6,690 nt of DNA from Paraspadella gotoi (lineage: Eukaryota > Animalia > Chaetognatha). The translations under genes and the position numbers were made by a program. Each line of letters opens with the position of its first letter. Position 1 is the stretch's first letter. The stretch spans positions 1 through 6,690 of the forward strand of contig JBJCIZ010001263.1 in the NCBI GenBank assembly GCA_051294375.1. Direction: 5' to 3'. This document shows positions 1-6,690 of this stretch, piece after piece. The notes under the pieces are model-generated. The model worked only from the letters and a program-made list of their open reading frames with translations. It was not told the origin of the DNA and ran no database searches.

Positions 1-675
1 TCTATTGTATATTATACATAGAACAAAAATATATCAATAAAAAATATCCGTATAGAGCCCAAATCCTATTTCTCGGTGGATATCATTTATCTATGTGGAG
101 TTTCGTTAATTGCGTGATTTGATTCTTCTCGCTTTATGAACATTAATTGTTTTTTTAGTCTTGACTATTAGAATTAACGAAAACCAATAACTAGAAAAAA
201 GAATAAGAAACCAGAAAAGGAAGAGAAATAGGAATTAAAAAAAAAACCGCGACCTTATCTAAATTACTAGACAACCATCTTTGCTTTTTCTTTTTCTTTT
301 TTTCTTTTTCGATTGCGACGTAGACTTTTTATGCCGAAATTGACTAAACCATGTATCACGCATTGACATTTTTACCCGGCTCGAAAACAATAATTTACGC
401 GACTTACGCTGTAACAGTCTCAGCTTGACGTCTGCTTGTCTGGCAAGCTGCTTTCGCGTGGCGCCGTCACGATTCGTTCAGCTCATAATTCAGTTAATTC
501 TCCCTTTTTCTCACTTCCTATGAATTAACTGGGATCGCACCTCGTACAACCAAATCCTCCCCATTTAAAATTAAATAAATAATCTAGGTGAAATTATGAC
601 CGTCAAAAAGCGGACAATGGTTTTCATTCCTTTTCATCTGAATTCCTCACTCTTTTCTATCTAGTACTTACAGGG

Positions 676-772
676 CTTTCTCCTCTCTCTTCTTCTCTCT
701 CCTCTCTCCTCTCTCTCTCTCTCTTCTCTCCTCTCTCTCTCTCCTCCTCTCTCTCTCCTCTCTCTCTCTCCT
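676..772. repeat. Imperfect (CT)n microsatellite, pure pyrimidine tract
   Basis: 97 consecutive C/T bases, mainly CT dinucleotides. Confidence 0.95.
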
Positions 773-983
773 ACCCACTATTAACATAATGTACTTTTAA
801 GATCAAATAACATCAGTCTTAACGCACTTTGATAGCCACCTATACCGACTTCATTTTTTAACATTCAGACTTCGTCCCGCGCTCGCCTCTTCCGCGCCCT
901 TCCCCCGTTTAAAAACGAGATCTTTTCTTGAGACTTCGAATTTTGATTTATTTTGATGCTGCGTTAATGAGTCCACGTCACGC

Positions 984-1107
984 GGAGGAGAGGACGGAGA
1001 CGAGAGAGCGATGCAGACGACGAGCTAGAGGATGATTGAGAGAGAGAGACGAGAGCGAGAGAAGGGAGACCGACGAGAGAGATAGAGAAGTGAGGAGAGA
1101 GAGAGAG
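984..1107. repeat. Degenerate (GA)n purine-rich tract
   Basis: GA runs interrupted by GAC/GAT/GCG units. Confidence 0.85.
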
Positions 1108-1392
1108 TGGCGCGGTCAACTGTGCCCACCAACTCTTAACAATCACTTAACCCGAAAATAATAAAGTTGTCTGACTTTCCAATAATGAGGCGCTATCTAA
1201 CCTACGGTAGCGGCTCTATTTTTAACTTTTAAATATTTAATTCTATAAGTTTTAATCTTTAAAGACCCCACCTAGATTTTCGTAGATTTGTGCTCATGTC
1301 GTGATTGAACATTCTTTTAGAAAAATATATTCGTCCCCTAATTTTCTCTAATTTTCTTTTCTTGGATAAGAAAAATCTCTTAAGTCAACGAC

Positions 1393-1571
1393 TTTTGCTT
1401 TTTTTTTCTTTTCTTTTCTTTTTCTTTTTTCTTTCTTTTCTTCTTTTCTTCTTTTCTTTTTAGTTTTAAGACTTTATATTTCTGTTTTTTCTTTTTTCTT
1501 ATACTTTTTTTTTTTATTCGTTTTTCTCTTTTCATCCTTCTTCCCCCTTCTCTCTTCCGTCCCTTTTTCTT
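1393..1571. repeat. T-rich low-complexity tract (TnC units)
   Basis: Repeated ttttc/tttttc runs grading into TC-rich sequence. Confidence 0.9.
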
Positions 1572-1605
1572 ACTGCTTCTCAGGCAGAAATCAAAACAAA
1601 CATTG

Positions 1606-1760
1606 GATAAGGATAGGGACGAGGGGAGAGCAGAAAGAGAGAGAGACAAGGAAGAGGAGAGAGATAGAGAGGCAGAGACGGGAGAGAGAGACGAGAGAGA
1701 GAGAGAGAGAGAGAAGATCGAGATGATCGACGAGAGAGAGACAGGAGACCAGAAAAGAGA
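1606..1760. repeat. Degenerate (GA)n tract
   Basis: GA-dominated, with a pure (GA)n core near 1694-1713. Confidence 0.9.
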
Positions 1761-2040
1761 CCCAGTTAAGAGGAGACGTTTTCTCGGAACAAGAGCCGCT
1801 TGTTTTTTGCTCCTTTTGGAAAATGTGATTATCCCATTAGGGATAATAAAATTGCTCGTCGAGAGAGATTTCAATGCGGAGGAAACAAACAGAGAAAACA
1901 GGATGGCTCGCAGACACCGGCGTCGCAACGCTCGTCTGTCCACGGCCAGCCGCGAGGCGCGCAAACGTACGTTCAGCGCAACTCCGCGCTGCGCTGCGGT
2001 GGTGCGATCCGCTGTACAGTTTTTACCAAATTGTCCATTT

Positions 2041-2202
2041 AGAAAAAAAAAAAGAGAGAGAGAGAGGCACGAGAGACGAGATGAAGACGAGAGAGAGAGA
2101 GAGAGAGAAGAGGATGAGAGAGAGAGATCTCGACGAGAATCACATTAGAGAAAGATGAGATCACAGAGAGAGAGAGAGCGATGAGAGAGAGATGGAGAAA
2201 GA
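2041..2202. repeat. Poly-A run followed by degenerate (GA)n tract
   Basis: An A run at about 2043-2052, then GA repeats with GAC/GAT interruptions. Confidence 0.9.
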
Positions 2203-2236
2203 GCTCTTTGCTCGTGAATAACCATTCGTTAATTTC

Positions 2237-2362
2237 ACCCCCCCCCCCTCGTCTTTTTCTCCGGGCTTTAACTTCCTCATTTTCCTCTTCTTCCTTTTAT
2301 CCTCTTCTCTTCTTTCCTCCCTATTCCTTCTTTCCTCCTTCCCCCCTCTTCTTTCCTCCTTC
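2237..2362. repeat. Pyrimidine-rich tract with three copies of CTTCTTTCCTCC
   Basis: A C run starting at 2238, and the 12-mer at 2309, 2327 and 2348. Confidence 0.8.
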
Positions 2363-2430
2363 GGGGCATCAAAAGGCTGGTCGAAACATCTCCAGGGTAT
2401 TCATTTAGTGGATGAACGATTCAATCATCA

Positions 2431-2861
2431 TTTCCTTTTTTCCTCTCCTTTACCGATCCCACTCCTCGTTCTCCTTTTTTTCTCCTTTTCCTCTGTTTTA
2501 TTTTCCTCTACCTTCCTTTTTCTTTACTCCTTCCTCTCTTTTCTCTCCTCTTCCTCCCTTTTATCTCTTCTCTTCATCCCTTTCCTTTCTTTCCTCCTAT
2601 TTTTCCTTCTCCTCTTCCTCCCTTTTCTCTCCTCTTCCTCCTTTCTTTTCCTCTTCCTCCCTTTTTCCTCTCTTTCTTTCCTCCCTTTTCTCTCCTCTTC
2701 TTCACTTTCCTCCTCTTCTCCTTTTCTCTTCCTTCTCTCCTCCCTTTTCTTTCCTTTTCCTCCTTTTTCTCCTCCTCTTCCTCCTTCAGTTCCTTTCACC
2801 CTTTTCTCTCCTCTTCCTTCCCTTTTCTCTCCTCTTCCTCCCTTCTTCTTCTTGCTTCTTC
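2431..2861. repeat. About 430-nt polypyrimidine tract containing a degenerate 21-nt minisatellite (consensus CCCTTTTCTCTCCTCTTCCTC)
   Basis: Near-exact units start at 2536, 2620, 2683, 2799 and 2820 (spacings 84, 63, 116, 21). Confidence 0.85.
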
Positions 2862-3147
2862 ATACTCTAGCGTGCGGAAACGTTTGTCCCGACAGTTTTC
2901 TCTTTTCCCGACGAAGGAAAAATTAATCATTAGTCCTATTAATCTCAGTCAAAGTGACATCAGGTTTGTTGTCGTGTGACAATGACATCTTATACTAATC
3001 GATCATTCAAAATGGTCGTGGCAATCGCCTATGAAGTTCAACTTTGGCTCCACTCTTCGTTTGGAGATTTGTCGCTCTTTCACTCGTTCACTATGTTCTC
3101 CTTTCAAGCGGAACGGCGTGGTCCTCTTGAGTCCACATTTGGATTTA

Positions 3148-3410
3148 ATTCGGCTTCCACAACCGGGCTCACAACCGGCTTCACTTCCGGCTTACATCCT
3201 ACTTCATTTTTACTACTTAAACTTCACATTCCGGCTTCTGCTTTTGGAGCAACTTCTGCTTTATTCCTAATTTTCGGCTTCAGCCTCTTCATTCGCTTCA
3301 CATCCGGCTACCATTTGAGCTTTCATTTCTGCTTCTCTTTCAGCTTTGGTTCCGGCTTTAATCTTTCTGCCTCACAGTTCCGGCTTACTTACTTGCTTTA
3401 GGGTCCGGTC
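3148..3410. repeat. Degenerate ~12-nt repeat with core (T/A)CCGGCTT
   Basis: About ten ccggct/tcggct-like cores, e.g. acaaccgggctc-acaaccggcttc-acttccggctta in tandem at 3159-3194, and more near 3231, 3274, 3304, 3352 and 3380. Confidence 0.7.
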
Positions 3411-3695
3411 TTTACCTCTTAACTTACGTAAATTCAGTATTTCCGATTTGTGCGTATTCCTCAGATTTGGTCGTGTTGTGCCACCCAGAAAGGGTTCAGC
3501 TGCCACCCGGTCGGACCTTCGGGAGGCTCGTTCCGACCGTGGGCTGCTGTAAAAGGGACCTCTTTGTGAACCCCAATTCTCACTAATTGTAATTTAAGGG
3601 ACTTCCTCTTTTTGGGACCCGTAAAGCCACTCCTTTGCCCTAAAGACTCAAAAGAGAGATTAAGGGGGGAGTCGAATTAGAAGTAGAAAGCTTTG

Positions 3696-3848
3696 ATGGA
3701 GGAGAAGGAGAGAGGAGAGAGGAGAGACGATGAGTAGAGAGAGAGATCGAGAGAGATGACTATTGGAGAATGAGAGACTGGAGAAAGAGAGAGAGAGCGC
3801 GAAGAGGGGAGAGAGAGAGAGAGAGAGAGCTGAGAGAGAGAGAGAAAG
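3696..3848. repeat. Degenerate (GA)n tract
   Basis: GA/GGA repeats with a pure (GA)n core near 3809-3829. Confidence 0.9.
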
Positions 3849-4154
3849 GTCAGTCGGTTTGGAAGTCGTTTCGTATGATTTAGATTATCGCCTGAATCCG
3901 AGATTCTTCTCGAGTTTTTCAAAATGAACTTATCACCTCTTTGTGGAGAGATGAAAGGAAAAGTTACCGATTTATCATAATTTGATGCGACAGGTTAATC
4001 ATTTTTTACTATTTAGTAATAAGATAGTTGTTTAATGTCGTTTTTTTTCCCCCTAAAAATGCTCAAGGTTCTTTCTTCCCAATATTTTTTTCAATATAAA
4101 GTTAATACACCGAAGGAAAGAGAAGAGCGATTGAGGTTCAGTGCCTACTTCCTT

Positions 4155-4194
4155 AACGACGACGACCGACACAACGACGACGACGAAAACGACG
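4155..4194. repeat. Short interrupted (ACG/GAC)n trinucleotide repeat
   Basis: aacgacgacgaccgacacaacgacgacgacgaaaacgacg. Confidence 0.75.
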
Positions 4195-4716
4195 TATGAT
4201 GTATGAGCAAAGCGGACAAACACGATCTGAATTCAAACCAATCTTGATAACTTTTCTCGTCTTCTTCAGACGAGAGAGAAATTTAGGGAACGTTTAAAAA
4301 ATTCGAGGGTATTGAATTGAATTTTTTAAATAAACATTTTCATGATTTTAAATAGCTTTAGCGATTTACTATTACAATCAAATAGAATTTTTTATAAAAA
4401 TGATTGCACATTATAAAATTATATTAAGTTAAATAATTAATGCAAGTTAAAAAAAATGTTTTAAAAAAATACATATTTAAAAATAATAAAAATGGCGCGG
4501 CCACTGGATGAATCAATGGATTTATAGTTTTTTCATTGGATTATTAATCTGTTATGTCTGTTGCAGATTTGGTAAATCATAAATTGAAAGAATTATTCTA
4601 TGATTTGTTCATCTGGAGTAGCTGGGCTATTAACGCTAAATTACGTTAGGCAGATCGGCATTGCTTATAACCTGTTTTTTATGTTCCCTTTACTTTTTTA
4701 ATTTACACTAGTAGAT

Positions 4717-4784
4717 TTTTTTCTCTCTCTTCTCTCTTCTCTCTCTCTCTTCTTCTTTCTATTCTATCTACTTCTATCTCTCTC
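4717..4784. repeat. (CT)n/pyrimidine tract
   Basis: A T run followed by CT and CTAT-type units; followed closely by ctccag (AG at 4792-4793). Confidence 0.85.
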
Positions 4785-4940
4785 AAACTCCAGGGTCCCG
4801 CCTCAGCTGGCTTACTACACCGGACTTTAAGGTAAAAGGCGAATCTATTCGCTGACGATTGTTCCAGGTCAATATTTCGAAATTCATCAAACCAGTTATA
4901 CTATATTTCATATTATACTTTATATTATTAATCTGTAATG

Positions 4941-4946
4941 TTTATT
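4941..4946 (-). promoter_or_regulatory. Candidate polyadenylation signal (AATAAA) of the methyltransferase transcript
   Basis: tttatt on + equals AATAAA on -. It lies downstream of the last candidate exon and is followed by AT-rich sequence. Confidence 0.4.
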
Positions 4947-5552
4947 GAAATGCATTATTGAACAACAACTACCAGTTAAAAAAATGAATGTAACGCAAGT
5001 ATGTACAACTTCTTCAAACTGCCTTCTCACGTGCTTTCCCCTCATAAACCACCAACGAATTCTCATGTCCACGTCGTGTCATTCTCGATTCCATCGTCCA
5101 TCAACCCTGAGAGACATTCCCTGCAATATTCTTCCAGAGGTCGTCCATTCAACTCGTCGCCTTTTCAGCCGACGGGGACGGTAGCGAAGAATAGCGTTAG
5201 AGGGAGGCCTCCCAGCGTTCCGCGGAGTTCGCGCCGATGTTCGGAGAGACTTTAGCATTTACTGCGTAAAAGTGATGTGATGAAATTGGATGCGATCGGA
5301 AATTGGGAAAATTTCGAGTGATTAACTTTAAGTTGGTGCGAAGACGAAAACAACAAACCAATTTCAACCAAATCAAACAAACGGGACAGACATGCGGTGC
5401 CATATCGCCTGCCGGGCTGTGACGGCATTCCTTCCCGACCCAGCTGGTGGCCGTAGTGCTTTGTTGCGACCTGCTGGACTGCCCCAGCTCGTTGCAATTG
5501 GCGTTGGTTATATGCTGACACACTCACACTTAACCAGCGTGACAATGGAAGG

Positions 5553-5775
5553 TTACCGGGAACTCACGTGTCTGATGTTGAACGATTTTCTTAACTGTCC
5601 CAAGCCAAAGCTATGAGCTGATTGTTTGTACCATGCTACTAGCGGTAGTGATTCAAAACTTAGAATAGTATTTACGATTTTCTCTTCCACCACCGCCCTC
5701 ACCACCACAGCCAACCAAGAAGGTAAGATAAGATGGGGGTTAAATTTTTGGGATAAAAGTAAGAATGGTAGCAAA
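5553..5775 (-). CDS. Methyltransferase, candidate C-terminal exon
   Basis: Acceptor gagttttggtag| (AG at 5777-5776) gives a 53-nt intron. The phase-2 join CG|T lands in the 73-codon open frame 5553-5774: LLPFLLLSQKFNPHLILPSWLAVVVRAVVEEKIVNTILSFESLPLVAWYKQSAHSFGLGQLRKSFNIRHVSSR*. FLLLSQK could supply beta7. The acceptor is only moderate and alternative ends exist. Confidence 0.45.
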
Positions 5776-5828
5776 CTACCAAAACTCGCGAACCCCTCTC
5801 ATCAACACCCTCTCCCGTCTTTTCTCAC
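5776..5828 (-). other. Candidate GT-AG intron, 53 nt, phase 2
   Basis: Strong donor gtgaga, without which the frame stops at once (CGG TGA). The acceptor ttttggtag is plausible but less certain. Confidence 0.5.
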
Positions 5829-6003
5829 CGAACGAATTTGCAAACGTGAATATTGAGTCCAGCGTCGATCGCAAACTCTCGAAATCTTTTCAGAGGATCG
5901 AGTGAGTTGTCGTCTCCCCTGAGTTGACGGCTGATTGGATGAAATTCAGCGAAGATGTTTTCGGGAATGAGGGAACTCCACTTGAGAGCTACGCGATGAC
6001 CGG
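5829..6003 (-). CDS. Methyltransferase, next coding exon
   Basis: Acceptor tgtttgtgtttcaacag| (CAG at 6006-6004) and donor TTCG|gtgaga (GT at 5828-5827). The phase-1 join G|CC keeps the frame, and 175 nt are open: AGHRVALKWSSLIPENIFAEFHPISRQLRGDDNSLDPLKRFREFAIDAGLNIHVCKFVR. The ending DAGLNIHVC resembles the 'AGF..v' helix-beta6 segment of this fold. The exon is missing from the ORF track. Confidence 0.8.
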
Positions 6004-6064
6004 CTGTTGAAACACAAACAATTTTTTTGTGGGTTTCGCAGCAGAGATTAATTCAAGCCTTTAC
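6004..6064 (-). other. Spliceosomal GT-AG intron, 61 nt, phase 1
   Basis: Reads gtaaaggc...aaaaaaattgtttgtgtttcaacag. It contains an in-frame TAA (6050-6048), and removing it restores a continuous methyltransferase frame. Confidence 0.85.
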
Positions 6065-6381
6065 CTTCCATAAAATGATTTGCGGACTCGACGACAAAGT
6101 TGAAGAGAAACTTTCCTCCTGTGCGCAATGATGATTTAACGTTCTCCATGACGATCGACAAATCACGAGCGTAGTGAAGCGCCGAGTGAGACGTCACCAA
6201 ATCGAAGGTCGACAACCAGTTCCAGTCCGCGGGGAAGGGTCGATCGAAGGCTCCCACAATAAAGTCGAAGACGACGCCGTTTCGTTTGTCGGCGTTGGCG
6301 ATGGCTTTGGGAGCGCAGTTTCGACAAAAGGCGATCATTTCGGGCGAAGAGTCGAGGCCCACGACGTATTGCGGCCGACGG
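6065..6381 (-). CDS. Class I SAM-dependent methyltransferase (Tam/BioC/JHAMT-like), internal coding exon; gene is 5'-incomplete in this window
   Basis: Minus-strand acceptor taatttcag| (AG at 6383-6382) and donor GAAG|gtaaag (GT at 6064-6063) bound 317 nt (1+105 codons+1). Translation: RRPQYVVGLDSSPEMIAFCRNCAPKAIANADKRNGVVFDFIVGAFDRPFPADWNWLSTFDLVTSHSALHYARDLSIVMENVKSSLRTGGKFLFNFVVESANHFME. It contains the class I MTase elements VVGLDSSPEMI (acidic end of beta2), FDLVTSHSALHY (FD..S..ALHW-type motif) and LRTGGKFLF (L.PGG-type motif). Motif I (GxGxG) is absent, so it should be in an upstream exon beyond 6690. Confidence 0.9.
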
Positions 6382-6690
6382 CTGAAATTAGTCTGTCGGT
6401 CAGTGGGTATTTTTATATTTTTCTATCTTTTTTCACTCTTATTCTTTCATTTAAAGTAAGTAGACAGAGATTTCAACATGAAACAAAAATTAATTTAATT
6501 CTCAGATAGAAGACAAGCAAGACAGTGTGAGAATTTGAGACGTATGGAATCAATACAAAAATGGTCAGTATTTATACAGGTCAATCGGATCTGATTCCAT
6601 CTTCGATGCTTTCTTTCTGTTTCTCAAGAAGTATTTACTGATTCCTAACTAATCTGCTCAATAGAAACAAAAATGACCTTTTTATGAAAT
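6382..6690 (-). other. 3' part of an intron of the methyltransferase gene (donor outside window)
   Basis: AT-rich sequence with no GxGxG-encoding segment found. It ends in actgacc...actaatttcag, i.e. branch-point-like motifs plus a TTTCAG acceptor. Confidence 0.7.

Noticed and set aside
964-2926. Long ORFs 964-1146, 1380-1964, 1603-2148, 1874-2158, 2181-2408, 2408-2926, 2412-2870 and 2524-2799
   Set aside because: They are translations of GA/CT/T tracts that lack stop codons (ER, SL, F/P/S and K runs); no domain signal.
2976-3401. 141-aa plus-strand ORF (and nested 3031-3270)
   Set aside because: F/S/G/L bias matches the antisense of a purine-rich repeat, it has a GTG start, and no family is recognisable.
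3148-3410. CRISPR-like array interpretation of the spaced CCGGCT cores
   Set aside because: Cores are only 6-8 nt with irregular spacing, there are no cas genes, and the context is eukaryotic.
3677-3922. 81-aa minus-strand ORF
   Set aside because: Ser/Leu repeat produced by the GA tract.
4142-4206. ACG repeat as a Thr- or Asp-rich plus-strand mini-exon (ttcag| ... |gtatga)
   Set aside because: The open frames give donor phases incompatible with the next candidate exon at 4567, and a simple repeat explains it.
4839-4852. GCGAAT-ct-ATTCGC hairpin as a terminator
   Set aside because: A 6-bp stem with no U tract in a eukaryotic context is expected by chance.
5385-5520. GC-rich patch as a structured ncRNA or ribozyme
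   Set aside because: Only short stems are present (e.g. tgccg/cggca); I recognised no hammerhead core, tRNA cloverleaf or snoRNA box arrangement. An Infernal/Rfam scan would be decisive.
4945-5856. Plus-strand ORFs 4945-5184, 5001-5255, 5392-5616 and 5626-5856
   Set aside because: Short, without recognisable motifs, and antisense to the methyltransferase 3' region.
6048-6362. ORF-track start (GTG at 6362) and end (...EGKGLN*) as true gene boundaries
   Set aside because: The GTG is an internal Val. The splice sites at 6382 and 6064 define the exon, and the stop lies in the intron.
6174-6509. 111-aa plus-strand ORF
   Set aside because: Antisense shadow of the methyltransferase exon running into intron sequence.

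Overview
This is eukaryotic genomic DNA, probably from an invertebrate with short introns; the taxon cannot be fixed from sequence alone. The only confidently identifiable gene is the 3' part of a spliced class I SAM-dependent methyltransferase (Tam/BioC/JHAMT-like) on the minus strand. It has two well-supported exons (6065-6381, 5829-6003), a plausible third (5553-5775), 61- and 53-nt GT-AG introns, and a candidate AATAAA at 4941-4946. Its 5' exon(s), including the GxGxG motif I, lie beyond the window. Positions 1-4800 are dominated by polypurine/polypyrimidine tracts of switching polarity, which explain nearly all long ORFs in the ORF track. That region also holds a degenerate 21-nt minisatellite, a degenerate 12-nt CCGGCT repeat and a few GC-rich exon-like islands that I could not join into a gene. 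I see no prokaryotic features, CRISPR array, RNA gene or recognisable transposon, and no convincing novel system. The findings are modest leads.
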